Below the pieces are notes generated by a model. That model had not been told where the DNA came from and made no database searches. It worked only from the letters and a program-made list of their open reading frames with translations. DNA of 63,254 nucleotides, filler included. It is 5 parts of 5 records of this genome, joined end to end, with 100 filler letters (N's around TTAATTAATTAA, not from the genome) between each part and the next. Parts side by side here need not be neighbours in the genome. Positions count along the whole stretch, not along the records: positions 1 to 19,387 come from SRR31156797_816; 4 more parts are not named here. One strand, written 5' to 3'. Below are positions 9,250-19,487 of the stretch, piece after piece. The position numbers were made by a program, and so were the translations under genes. Each line of letters begins with the position of its first letter. Positions within the stretch are counted from its first letter, which is position 1.

Positions 9250-11634
9250 ATGAAAAGAACTGTCTTATTTGCTATCCTGTTATTGGTGTTGTTCGGCTGT
9301 ACCTTTGGGCCGGCACCAAAACTGGATATTATTCAAGCACAACCCGTGTTCAGCGGTGATACCGCAACGATCAAAGTACAAGATCTGTTCTATGCAGATG
9401 ATTATTCAAGCTTGTCTTTTAAACAACATCCTTATCTTGAAATCAAATTATCTCAAGATAATGATGAAATGAAGATAGTAGCTGACAGGGATTTTTCGGG
9501 TTATACGCCTCTTACTTTTATATTCAAAGGTCATAAATATGAACTACCGGTAAAAGTAATTGAACGAAAATATATCACATTCACTTATCATCCGGAAAAT
9601 GAAGATGTAAAAAAAGTATGTGTGTTCGGGAATTTCAACTTTTGGTTACGTGATCAATTATGGATGACAAAAGGAAACAAGGGGCAATTTTCAATTACAC
9701 TTCCTTTCGAACCCGGCAATTACGAATATCTGTTCGCTGTAGACGGCAGAGAGATCCTGGATCCCTCAAATCCCATTTCAGTTCCTAACGGACTTGGCGG
9801 ATATAATTCCCCGCTCAATGTTCTTCCCGGCTTCAGCGGTAAAAGACCATTCCTAACACCACTTGAATATTCAAAGGACAATGATCTGTGTTTAAAATTC
9901 CACCTGCTTCCAAATGATTATGATAAAAAGATCAAGCATGAAGAAATTGTAGCCCTGGTAGATAATCACAGTATTTCTTCCTCAAATATTAAGATTGAAG
10001 ATGGTATCGTATCGCTGAAATTATCTGCCAAACGTGCTGAAGAGAGTGACAGGGTGCGGCTGGTGTGGACGGGAGACATCACAACGTCTAACATGGCTGA
10101 AGTCATCCTTGAAAATGGAAAACCTGCCGGGAACGGTGGAAAGTTCAAATGGCAGGATATGATCATGTATTCATTGATCATTGATCGTTTCTATAATGGA
10201 AACCCAATTAATGATGATCCGATCTTTCATGCAGACCTGGCCGATAGAGCGAACTTCAGAGGTGGGGATCTACAGGGAGTGATCCAGAAATTGGATGAAG
10301 GGTATTTTAATGATCTGGGTGTCAACACGCTTTGGATATTACCTTTTACAAAAAGCACACCAAATGCATTTTATGAAACGCCTCCGCCACACCGAATGTT
10401 CAGTGGTTATCATGGATATTGGCCGATCTCGGGAAAAGAAGTCGAACCACGCTATGGCACCTCCGATGATGTCCATACTCTAATTGAGGCAATGCATCAT
10501 CGTGATCTAAGAATATTAATGGATTATATTTCAAACCATGTACATCAGGAACATCCATATTATCAAGATCACCCTGAATGGTTCGGACAATTCGATCTTC
10601 CGGATGGCAGGAAAAACCTCAGACTTTTCGACGAATATAGATTAACGACCTGGTTTGATTCTTTTCTTCCCAGCTTTGATTATCCCAATGCACCCGAAGC
10701 GATCGATACAATGGTCGCAGATGCAATTTGGTGGATGAAAAACTATAATATTGATGGTTTCCGCCATGATGCGGTCAAACATGTTCCTAATATATTCTGG
10801 CGAGCCTTGACCAGAGAGATCAAAAAGGAATTTCCCGATAAAGACGTACTTCAGATCGGAGAAACTTTCGGCGATCATTCATTGATAAGCTCATATGTAA
10901 ACAACGGGCAGTTATCAGCACAATTCAATTTCAATCTGTATTGGCCTGCACGCTATGCTTTTGCTGAAGAAGATGAAAGCTTTGGCGGTTTGGCCGCCGA
11001 GATGGAACGGGTCGTTGATATTTACGGCCAAAATCATCTGATGGCAAATATGATGGATAGTCACGACCAACCAAGATATCCTGCTTATCTGGAACATGAC
11101 CTGGATTGGGGGGACAATGCCGCAGAAGTTGGCTGGCACAAGGATATCCGGATCGATGATCCCGCAACATATGATAAAATTGAAATGTACATGACATATT
11201 TGATGACCATTCCCGGACCTCCGGTTATCTACTATGGTAATGAGGTTGGCCTAACGGGTGCCGCTGACCCCGACAATCGCAGAAAAATGGATTGGTCATG
11301 GAATAAACGACAAAAAGAACTTAGAAAATACGTATCCGATATGACAGCTCTCAGGAAAGCGCACCCAGCCCTTCGATACGGCGATTACAGCACTGTAAGA
11401 GCGGATAAACAAGTATATGCCTATATGCGTTCAGATTTCAATGAAAGAGTCCTTGTGGTCATTCACAGGAAGAATTATAATGGTGAGATCAATATTGAAT
11501 TACCGGAGACCTTGGGTATCAAATCTCTGGAATGTTTGAATGATACACCCGAGATCAGCAAGAATGCATTGAACAGCAATGTTTTCAACATCCAGGTTGA
11601 ACCATATTCAGGATATGTATTTAAAGTAAAATAG
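9250..11634 (+). CDS. GH13 alpha-amylase/neopullulanase-type lipoprotein with a CBM48-like domain
   Basis: Lipobox LFGC; VFGNFNFW/YEYLFAVDG; DRFYNGN, GGDLQG, YHGYW, DGFRHDAVKH, GET, DSHD. Confidence 0.85.
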   Translation: MKRTVLFAILLLVLFGCTFGPAPKLDIIQAQPVFSGDTATIKVQDLFYADDYSSLSFKQHPYLEIKLSQDNDEMKIVADRDFSGYTPLTFIFKGHKYELPVKVIERKYITFTYHPENEDVKKVCVFGNFNFWLRDQLWMTKGNKGQFSITLPFEPGNYEYLFAVDGREILDPSNPISVPNGLGGYNSPLNVLPGFSGKRPFLTPLEYSKDNDLCLKFHLLPNDYDKKIKHEEIVALVDNHSISSSNIKIEDGIVSLKLSAKRAEESDRVRLVWTGDITTSNMAEVILENGKPAGNGGKFKWQDMIMYSLIIDRFYNGNPINDDPIFHADLADRANFRGGDLQGVIQKLDEGYFNDLGVNTLWILPFTKSTPNAFYETPPPHRMFSGYHGYWPISGKEVEPRYGTSDDVHTLIEAMHHRDLRILMDYISNHVHQEHPYYQDHPEWFGQFDLPDGRKNLRLFDEYRLTTWFDSFLPSFDYPNAPEAIDTMVADAIWWMKNYNIDGFRHDAVKHVPNIFWRALTREIKKEFPDKDVLQIGETFGDHSLISSYVNNGQLSAQFNFNLYWPARYAFAEEDESFGGLAAEMERVVDIYGQNHLMANMMDSHDQPRYPAYLEHDLDWGDNAAEVGWHKDIRIDDPATYDKIEMYMTYLMTIPGPPVIYYGNEVGLTGAADPDNRRKMDWSWNKRQKELRKYVSDMTALRKAHPALRYGDYSTVRADKQVYAYMRSDFNERVLVVIHRKNYNGEINIELPETLGIKSLECLNDTPEISKNALNSNVFNIQVEPYSGYVFKVK

Positions 11635-11661
11635 CAAATAGATGCAAAATTTTGGATACAT

Positions 11662-11685
11662 GTAGAGACGCAAAATATTGCGTCT
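11662..11685 (+). repeat. GTAG-type REP palindrome between convergent genes
   Basis: GTAG-AGACGCAA-aata-TTGCGTCT. Confidence 0.55.
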
Positions 11686-11741
11686 TTGCATATCCACTCA
11701 ATTATTTATAAATACCAGAAGTTTATGGACTAATTATTGCA

Positions 11742-13904
11742 TCATAAGGGCAACTCAACGGTAAATTGACTGCCTTTGCTCTTTTCACTCTTTACGGTGA
11801 TCTTTCCGCGATGACGCTCAACAAATTCTTTACTTAGAATAAGGCCCAGTCCCGTGCCTTTTTCACCATCGGTGCCGGACCGGCTGACTGTTTCATCGAT
11901 CTGGAAAAGTTTATCTATCGTTCGGGCATCCATACCAATGCCTTCATCGCTTATCTTGATCAATAGCTTGTCTTTATTTTCTTTACCGCTAATATGTATC
12001 TTTCCACCATGGTATGAATATTTAATGGCATTTGAGAGAAGATTTTGCAAAACGGTATGCAGCATATTCTCATCTACCAAAACAGCAACAGTTGAAATAT
12101 CCGTGATGATCTCTATGCCCTTTCGTTGAGCTACCGGATACATTAGATCCATTGCGTTTTTTACCGGGATCCTGATATCAAGAGCTTTGGGATTGAAAGA
12201 TATCTTGCCCGTTTGAGAACGCGACCATTCTAAAAGATTTTCAAGAAGTTTATATGTTTGCAGAGACGTTTCATGAATATTCTTTGAAAACTCAGTGATC
12301 TTTTCGTAATCCTTTCTCTCACTATATTTATTTAATAATCTTGAGAATCCAATAATTGAATTAAACGGGCTTTTTAGATCATGGGCAATAATTGATGTAA
12401 ATTTATCTTTTGTTGCATTCAATTCTTGAAGTTGCTTTTGATTCTTTTTTAATATCTCATTTGTCTGTCTGTTCGAAGAAAATAATTTCATAAAGAAAAA
12501 TGCAAATACAATGGTCATAGTTAATATGATAAGCAATAAGTTTCTAACAGCGATCTCTCTCTGAAGATTAACTTGATTTATCATTTTTTCCTGCTCAAGT
12601 TCCTGGATCCTGGCTTCTCTTATTTCCAGGTCATATAGGTCTTCAAGCTGAGTCAATGCACGGGTTGCCTTAGATTGTTTGATTGAATCAATGATCGCAA
12701 CCTCATTGCTCTTATGAAGATATGCATTCTCAAATTCGCCTTTCTCGGCATAGATCTCTGATAGGTATTTATTGATATTAATTAGTTGGTTCTTTTGTGA
12801 ATTACTTTTAGCATATTTCAGGCCAACATAGAGACTATCTATTGCTGCATTATACTCTCTTCTATCTTTTAAGATCAAGCCATACAAACTATATACACCC
12901 GGATATCCCAATACATCGTTCATTTTCTTTTTAATTTTCAAGGATCCATTCAAATATTGCATAGCTTCATCATCATTACCGAAATGATGTTCAATTCTGG
13001 CCAGATACTTCAATGCATTGGACATTCCAAAATCAGAATCGATCTGCTTATATATTTTTTGAGCCCGCATATTATATTGTCTGGCGCATTCCGGATCACC
13101 CAACTGCAAACATACTAAACCTAATTCATCAAGACATATCGCTTGTCCTTTTAATGAACTGATGTTTTCCTGAAGGGAACCATATTGCTCAAGCCCTTCC
13201 AACAATTCTTTTTGTGCCTCCTCGTATAAACTCATGGTCATATAGATACGTCCAATAGAATACGATATCCATGCAACCCCTTCCCTGAAGTCCACTTCTT
13301 CATAGTGTTCTTTAGATTTATAAATGAACTCTATTGCCTGTTGATATGCCCCATTCATCCTGAAGATATTTGAAAGCTGAGAGTATATCATTGCCATGCT
13401 AAGGTGATCCTCTGCTTTTCTTGAATAGACAAGGGCTTCATTATAATGATGGATCGCTTGACTTTGATCACCGGTAACACCCAAGTAATTTGTGCCCATC
13501 ATGCACAGAACTTTTCCCAGTTGCTTAAAGTTTTTATCTTCTTTATACAGTTTAACCGCAATGTTAAAACAACTCAAAGCTGAATCTGTCATATCGTTGT
13601 GATAAAAAGCTAAACCGGAATAATATTTTGCAGTTGCCTGCAAGTTAATATCCCTTATGTCCATAGCTTCCTGATAAGCGATCTTTGACTGTTTTATCGA
13701 TTCAGAATAATCAGATTTTCTTAACTTAAATGCCAGTTTCTCGCGAGCTTCGATCTTTGGTAAACCTTGATGTGTTTGAATGGCATTGTAAAGGCTGTCA
13801 ATATAATGATCATTTGCAAAACAAAACGTTACCAGCATAAAAAATAATGAAAAGCGTTTAAAATAATGAGCGGACTTACCGGTCGAATTAACTTTTCTGT
13901 TCAT
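11742..13904 (-). CDS. TPR-repeat sensor histidine kinase
   Basis: N-terminal TPR-like helical repeats, TM helix, H-box IAHDLKSPF, N-box NLLSNAIKY, G boxes DEGIG and GTGLGL. Confidence 0.9.
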   Translation of the reverse strand: MNRKVNSTGKSAHYFKRFSLFFMLVTFCFANDHYIDSLYNAIQTHQGLPKIEAREKLAFKLRKSDYSESIKQSKIAYQEAMDIRDINLQATAKYYSGLAFYHNDMTDSALSCFNIAVKLYKEDKNFKQLGKVLCMMGTNYLGVTGDQSQAIHHYNEALVYSRKAEDHLSMAMIYSQLSNIFRMNGAYQQAIEFIYKSKEHYEEVDFREGVAWISYSIGRIYMTMSLYEEAQKELLEGLEQYGSLQENISSLKGQAICLDELGLVCLQLGDPECARQYNMRAQKIYKQIDSDFGMSNALKYLARIEHHFGNDDEAMQYLNGSLKIKKKMNDVLGYPGVYSLYGLILKDRREYNAAIDSLYVGLKYAKSNSQKNQLININKYLSEIYAEKGEFENAYLHKSNEVAIIDSIKQSKATRALTQLEDLYDLEIREARIQELEQEKMINQVNLQREIAVRNLLLIILTMTIVFAFFFMKLFSSNRQTNEILKKNQKQLQELNATKDKFTSIIAHDLKSPFNSIIGFSRLLNKYSERKDYEKITEFSKNIHETSLQTYKLLENLLEWSRSQTGKISFNPKALDIRIPVKNAMDLMYPVAQRKGIEIITDISTVAVLVDENMLHTVLQNLLSNAIKYSYHGGKIHISGKENKDKLLIKISDEGIGMDARTIDKLFQIDETVSRSGTDGEKGTGLGLILSKEFVERHRGKITVKSEKSKGSQFTVELPL

Positions 13905-14012
13905 TATGAACCTCTTTTTCAGAATAAATAATTTTACTATGAAATTAATATAAGGATTTAACGAAAATCTGTAAATAATATTTTATTATAAATTATGTTA
14001 TACTATCTAACC

Positions 14013-14933
14013 TTACTCAATGATCATCAAAGCATGTTTATGGTTAATGATCTCAAGGCGTTTCCCTGCTTCGCAGATAGTCTCCCCATCCGCGTGAACA
14101 GCCAGACTTCCCGATAATGCTTCAACTGTAATTCTGTCTGCCCTGCCGGTAAGAGTATCTTCTCTTTCACCCTGTGTCCCTTTTGTATATGCCAACATTG
14201 CTGATAACAGAGTTCTTCTCTTTCCTTGTTTGGTCATGCAAAAATCGAAAAGCCCATCATTCATCTTTGCCTTGGGAGCCATAAAAAATGATCCACCCAG
14301 TCTGCGACCGTTCATCACACAAACCATAGCAGGAGAAATACTGATCGTTTTTTTACCGTAATGAATATCGAGATCAGGCGCTGCAGGATATTTGATCAAG
14401 GTTTTGATCGCACCCAAGGCATAAGCAGCACCGCCATGAACATTGTTCATTTTAGCCGCTTCAAGGCCGACAAGTGTGTCAAAGCCAATTCCCATGCCAT
14501 TACCAAAATAACGTCCATTGGGATAATCTCCACCTTTAACTTCACCTACATCCATTGGAATAGGTTTACCGTCTTTGATCCTTATCAGGTCTTCACCAAG
14601 TCCAACTGGGATATTTGCACTAAAAGCGAAATCGTTACCGCGTCCGATCGCTAATACACCAAATTCCGGGATCTTGCCGCCTAATTTATCTTTAGCATGC
14701 ATTAAACCATTGATTATCTCATTAATGGTTCCATCTCCACCGGCGGCAATGATAAGTACATTATCCATGATCGCATATTTCTCTGCCAGCTTGATCGCAT
14801 GACCCGGATGCTCGGTCATAATGATCTCATAAGGTATTTTATGTTGGAAAAAGAAACTTTCGATCTCAGGAATACGCTTTTCAGCATGCCCTTTTCCAGC
14901 GGTAGGATTTAGTATGACGATATGACGTTTCAT
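14013..14933 (-). CDS. Diacylglycerol kinase family lipid kinase (YegS/DgkB-like)
   Basis: LNPTAGKG, AAGGDGT, GRGNDFA, GIGFD, HADGE. Confidence 0.9.
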   Translation of the reverse strand: MKRHIVILNPTAGKGHAEKRIPEIESFFFQHKIPYEIIMTEHPGHAIKLAEKYAIMDNVLIIAAGGDGTINEIINGLMHAKDKLGGKIPEFGVLAIGRGNDFAFSANIPVGLGEDLIRIKDGKPIPMDVGEVKGGDYPNGRYFGNGMGIGFDTLVGLEAAKMNNVHGGAAYALGAIKTLIKYPAAPDLDIHYGKKTISISPAMVCVMNGRRLGGSFFMAPKAKMNDGLFDFCMTKQGKRRTLLSAMLAYTKGTQGEREDTLTGRADRITVEALSGSLAVHADGETICEAGKRLEIINHKHALMIIE

Positions 14934-15110
14934 TTTCCCTCCTGAAACTTAATTATCGATATAAACAGATTAGAATTTTTGTCTTCACAACAATATACCA
15001 ACAATGTATATTGAAAAGCAACGGCTAATATGCCAAGATAACGATGTAACTATAATTGGAACATGCGGAATGATCAAATACTTTAAAAGCATTAAAGCAA
15101 AGGAGATAAA

Positions 15111-15449
15111 ATGACGACATATAAAGACAAAGCAGCTGCTGTTTTTGATTTTGTTGGTGTCTTATCAAAAGAAAATCCCGGAATTGCTCAAGGTTTTATG
15201 GCTATGCATCAAACCGTCGGAAGTAATGGCGCCTTATCTGTAAAACAAAAGGAACTGATCGCTATTGGTATATCTATCAATGTCAGATGTGAGGGATGTT
15301 TATCTGTCCATATAAAATCTGCATTGGATGCAGGAGCAAAAAAAGAAGAGATTATTGAAGCTATAGGTGTGTCTGTATTAATGGGTGGTGGTCCAGCTGT
15401 TGCATATGGCAAACGGGCTTATGATGCCTTGCAGGAATTTGCTCAATAA
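15111..15449 (+). CDS. Carboxymuconolactone decarboxylase / AhpD-like protein
   Basis: KQKELIAIGIS..RCEGCLSVH..A..AGA..EEI; MGGGP. Confidence 0.85.
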   Translation: MTTYKDKAAAVFDFVGVLSKENPGIAQGFMAMHQTVGSNGALSVKQKELIAIGISINVRCEGCLSVHIKSALDAGAKKEEIIEAIGVSVLMGGGPAVAYGKRAYDALQEFAQ

Positions 15450-15475
15450 AAAAAAGGCGATAAACTATCGCCTTT
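15448..15475. terminator. Intrinsic terminator between convergent genes
   Basis: AAAGGCGATA-aac-TATCGCCTTT with an upstream A-tract, which is a U-tract for the fab transcript. Confidence 0.7.
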
Positions 15476-15492
15476 ATAATTAACACTTTTTT

Positions 15493-15918
15493 TTACATAT
15501 AAGAAAACACAAACTCGGCTTCACACGCCAGTTTATCGCCAACAAAGGCCTTGCCGACACCTTGCCCGAATTTAGATTTGATCTTATGTAATTCGATCTC
15601 AAAACGCAGGGTATCTCCCGGAACAACCTTACGCTTGAATTTGGCTTTCTTCAAACCGCCGAAATAAACGCTCTTACCTTTATTCTCAGGAAGAGCCAAT
15701 AAGGTAATTGCTCCGGTTTGGGCGATCGATTCAATGATCAATACACCGGGCATGATCGGTTCACCGGGAAAATGTCCTTTAAAATAGTATTCATCCGCAT
15801 TTACATCTTTTTCAGCTGTTGCAGTTTTCCCGGTTTCCATTTCCAGAACTCTGTCCACCAGCAGAAACGGGTCTCTGTGTGGGATGATCTCCTTTATCTG
15901 TTCTCTGTTCAAAATCAT
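15493..15918 (-). CDS. fabZ: 3-hydroxyacyl-ACP dehydratase
   Basis: IPHRDPFLLVD, FKGHFPGEPIMPGVLIIE. Confidence 0.95.
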   Translation of the reverse strand: MILNREQIKEIIPHRDPFLLVDRVLEMETGKTATAEKDVNADEYYFKGHFPGEPIMPGVLIIESIAQTGAITLLALPENKGKSVYFGGLKKAKFKRKVVPGDTLRFEIELHKIKSKFGQGVGKAFVGDKLACEAEFVFSYM

Positions 15919-15921
15919 TTA

Positions 15922-17160
15922 TTATTCTTCCCATTTTTTAAAAACTAAACTTGCGTTATGACCGCCAAAACCTAAACTATTCTTCAGGACATACCTGATA
16001 TCGCGCCTGACGGCTTTGTTTGGAGTATAATTCAGATCGCATTCAGGATCTTTGACCCTATAATTGATTGTTGGGGGTACAATCCCTTCCTGCATAGCCA
16101 TAATCGATATAGCGGATTCAATACCGCCAACAGCTCCAAGTGAATGCGCATGCATGGACTTGGTACCTGAAATATTGATCTTGTCTGCAAGATCGCCAAA
16201 GGCCTTCCTGATCCCTTTTGATTCCATACGGTCGTTATAATATGTTGAGGTTCCGTGAGGTGATATCATGTCTATCATCTCGGGTTTGATACCCGCATCT
16301 TCCATTGCCCTTAACATACATTTAGTGATACTATCGGCACTTTCATCAGGTTGTGTAATATGAAATGCATCACAGTTTGTGTGATATCCAACGATCTCTG
16401 CGTGAATCTCCGCACCACGCTTTTTTGCATGCTCATATTCTTCCAGGATCAAAATACCCGCTCCCTCACCCATGACAAAGCCTGAGCGTTCCTTATCAAA
16501 TGGAGTAGATGCGCGATCTTTATCAAGACTGGGAGAAATTGCCCGCATGCTTGAAAATCCACCAACACCCAATTCATTGATCGGAGCTTCCGCACCACCA
16601 GCCATGGCAACTTCAATATATCCGTCTTTTATATAGCGATAAGCTTCCCCAATAGAATTTGTTGCTGAAGAGCAAGCGGTAACAACAGGGAAAGAAGGAC
16701 CTTTTGCATTGAATTTGATGGCAACATTGCCACCTACCAGGTTCACGATCACATTAGGAATAAAGAAGGGACTCAATCTATCTGCACCTTTTAAGGCTGC
16801 GATCTTTGTATCTTTAGCCAATGTGTTCAAACCACCAATTCCGCTACCAATAAAGGTACCGAAACGTTCACGATCGATCTCGGCTTTATCTAATCCGGCA
16901 TGTTCATAGGATTCTTTGGCTGCCACGATCGCTAATTGAGTGGCTCTATCCATCCGACGCGCTTCTTTGGGCGGAATAGCATCACCGATCTCAAAATTCT
17001 TAACTTCAGCTGCCAAATATGTTTTTTGCTGAGAAATATCGAACAATGTGATCTCACCGATACCGTTCTTACCGGCTTTGGCGCTCTCCCACATATCCTT
17101 CACGTTGTTACCGATGGGTGTTACGGTACCCATACCTGTGATAACGACTCTTCTTTTCAT
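15922..17160 (-). CDS. fabF: Beta-ketoacyl-ACP synthase II
   Basis: RRVVITGMG, TACSS catalytic Cys, HGTST, KSMHAH, NSLGFGGHN. Confidence 0.95.
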   Translation of the reverse strand: MKRRVVITGMGTVTPIGNNVKDMWESAKAGKNGIGEITLFDISQQKTYLAAEVKNFEIGDAIPPKEARRMDRATQLAIVAAKESYEHAGLDKAEIDRERFGTFIGSGIGGLNTLAKDTKIAALKGADRLSPFFIPNVIVNLVGGNVAIKFNAKGPSFPVVTACSSATNSIGEAYRYIKDGYIEVAMAGGAEAPINELGVGGFSSMRAISPSLDKDRASTPFDKERSGFVMGEGAGILILEEYEHAKKRGAEIHAEIVGYHTNCDAFHITQPDESADSITKCMLRAMEDAGIKPEMIDMISPHGTSTYYNDRMESKGIRKAFGDLADKINISGTKSMHAHSLGAVGGIESAISIMAMQEGIVPPTINYRVKDPECDLNYTPNKAVRRDIRYVLKNSLGFGGHNASLVFKKWEE

Positions 17161-17168
17161 ATGGTCTC

Positions 17169-17912
17169 CTAACTCATTACCATGCCGCCGTCCACATGAA
17201 GGACCTGGCCGGTTAAATAATCTGCTTGTTCACTGGCAAGAAAGAGTACAACATTTGCAACATCTTCTACCTGCCCATATCTTCCTAGTGGGATCTCTTT
17301 TAAATAATGATCTTTGACATCATCTGATAAAACTTCGGTCATCTTTGTTTCAATAAAACCCGGTGCCACAGCATTGCAAGTAATATTTCTTTTGGCAAAT
17401 TCTCTTGCAACGGATTTGGTCAAACCGATAAGTCCGGCCTTGGATGCCGAATAATTTGCTTGAGCAACATTGCCGATCAAGCCGGATACCGATGCCATAT
17501 TGATGATCTTACCATATCTTGCTCTGGTCATGAACGGGATCACGGATTTTATCATATTCCAGGATCCTTTCAAGTTAACATCAAGCACCTTATCAAATTC
17601 TTCTTCAGACATTCTTAGTAAGAGTTGATCTTTTGTTATCCCGGCATTATTGATCAGGATATCGATCTTACCATGCTTTTCTTTCAATTCTTTCGCAAGC
17701 GCTTGAGTAGCTTCAAATGAAGAAACATCAACCTTATAGGCCTCGCATTTCATCCCTTCATTTTCCAGCTCTTGGCACAGTTCTTTTGCTTTTGCCTCAT
17801 CCATATCGTAGATAATGACTGTCGCACCTTTTGCAGCAAACTGTCTGGAGATGGTTTCTCCAATACCAGCTGCACCACCGGTGACCAAAGCAACTTTTCC
17901 TTCAAGGTTCAT
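17169..17912 (-). CDS. fabG: 3-oxoacyl-ACP reductase
   Basis: TGGAAGIG, NNAGIT, YSASK, VDGG; lies in the fab cluster. Confidence 0.95.
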   Translation of the reverse strand: MNLEGKVALVTGGAAGIGETISRQFAAKGATVIIYDMDEAKAKELCQELENEGMKCEAYKVDVSSFEATQALAKELKEKHGKIDILINNAGITKDQLLLRMSEEEFDKVLDVNLKGSWNMIKSVIPFMTRARYGKIINMASVSGLIGNVAQANYSASKAGLIGLTKSVAREFAKRNITCNAVAPGFIETKMTEVLSDDVKDHYLKEIPLGRYGQVEDVANVVLFLASEQADYLTGQVLHVDGGMVMS

Positions 17913-17974
17913 AAGATATCCTTTTATACTTAATTTATTAACTGCAATTTACTATGACTTTAAGTGAAATTCCA

Positions 17975-18913
17975 TTAGAAAGTCAAGGCACAGGCTCCAC
18001 TGGTCAATCCGGCTCCAAAGCCAACCAATACGACTTTATCACCCGATTCCATTTTCTTATTTTCAAGCATTTCATCCAAAGCGATTGGAATACTGGCTGC
18101 CGAAGTATTCCCATACTTGTGAATATTCACAAAAAATCTATCCATTGGGATCTTCAGTGCTTTTGATGCAGATTGAATAATGCGAATATTTGCCTGATGA
18201 GGTATGATCATTTTTATATCATCCTTATCAATATTGCCGTGCTCCAATACCCCATTTACTCTTGTTTTGATCACTCTTGATGCAAATTGATAGACTTTCT
18301 GTCCATTCATACTGACAAAATCATCAACATACAGGATCAGATCATCATCGCTTTTCGTCTCTACACTGAAAACGACCTCTTTGCTTTCATCTTTTTCAAG
18401 TATCATCGCACCCGCACCATCACCAAAAAGGACACAGGTATTCCTGTCTTTATAATCAGTAACTCGACTGATCACTTCAGAACCAATGACCAATGCACTT
18501 TTATAAGCACCGCTATGCAGCATCCTCTCGGCAACATTCAATGCATAGATAAAACCTGTACAGGCCGCATTGATATCAAAAGCCAGGATACCTTCCTTTT
18601 CCAGCCCGAGAATTGATTGTACCCGGCAAGCCATGCTGGGACTTCTCAATTCAGCTGTGAAAGTTGCAACAATGATCAGATCTATTTTATCTTTATCGTA
18701 ATTGGCTTTTTCCAGGGCATTCATGGCTGCCATGGCGGCAAGGTCTGAGGTCGATTTGCCATTCGATATACGTCTTTCCTTAATTCCTGTTCTTGATGTG
18801 ATCCACTCATCCGTGGTATCCACTATCTTTTCCAGATCATTATTGGTCAGCACGCCCTCGGGAGCATATCGCCCCGTTGAAACAACTTTGAAACATCCTT
18901 TATCCAGGCCCAT
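17975..18913 (-). CDS. fabH: Beta-ketoacyl-ACP synthase III
   Basis: WITSRTGIKERR, AACTGF, LFGDGAGA, PHQAN, GNTSAAS. Confidence 0.95.
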   Translation of the reverse strand: MGLDKGCFKVVSTGRYAPEGVLTNNDLEKIVDTTDEWITSRTGIKERRISNGKSTSDLAAMAAMNALEKANYDKDKIDLIIVATFTAELRSPSMACRVQSILGLEKEGILAFDINAACTGFIYALNVAERMLHSGAYKSALVIGSEVISRVTDYKDRNTCVLFGDGAGAMILEKDESKEVVFSVETKSDDDLILYVDDFVSMNGQKVYQFASRVIKTRVNGVLEHGNIDKDDIKMIIPHQANIRIIQSASKALKIPMDRFFVNIHKYGNTSAASIPIALDEMLENKKMESGDKVVLVGFGAGLTSGACALTF

Positions 18914-19121
18914 TTCAAGCTCCTCTCTTGTATCAAATAATACTAATAAGCTTTAATAAATTTATATGGCACTATACGGTTTGATATCATGAATGCCTGA
19001 AAACCCGGTAAAAAGACAGGTCATGACACTCATGTCTTGACCTGAATTCTTAACAACCCGGATATAAGCATTGCTTGCCTTACATATGTAAGGCAAAATA
19101 ACTCAAACCGATAAAAGGATA

Positions 19122-19346
19122 TTATTTGTTTTCTTCGATGTATTTCAGAAGATCGGAAACTGTCTTCAACTTGTCAATTTCGGTTTCCGGGACAGTAATA
19201 TCAAATTCATTCTCAATGCTCATGATAAGTTGGATAGCATCCAAAGAATCTGCACCGAGATCTTCCTGGAGATCCGATTCAAGTGTGATCTGTGCTTCAT
19301 CTACACTCAATTCTTCTGCAATAATCTTAATAAGTTCGTCTTTCAT
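19122..19346 (-). CDS. acpP: Acyl carrier protein
   Basis: DLGADSLD phosphopantetheine site; 74 aa, acidic; AGGAGG RBS. Confidence 0.95.
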   Translation of the reverse strand: MKDELIKIIAEELSVDEAQITLESDLQEDLGADSLDAIQLIMSIENEFDITVPETEIDKLKTVSDLLKYIEENK

Positions 19347-19387
19347 TTTTCCTCCTAGTGTGTGTTTAAGGTTTTTGATGTTTTAGT

Positions 19388-19487
19388 NNNNNNNNNNNNN
19401 NNNNNNNNNNNNNNNNNNNNNNNNNNNNNNNTTAATTAATTAANNNNNNNNNNNNNNNNNNNNNNNNNNNNNNNNNNNNNNNNNNNN
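19388..19487. other. Artificial contig spacer
   Basis: N-run containing TTAATTAATTAA. Confidence 0.98.
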
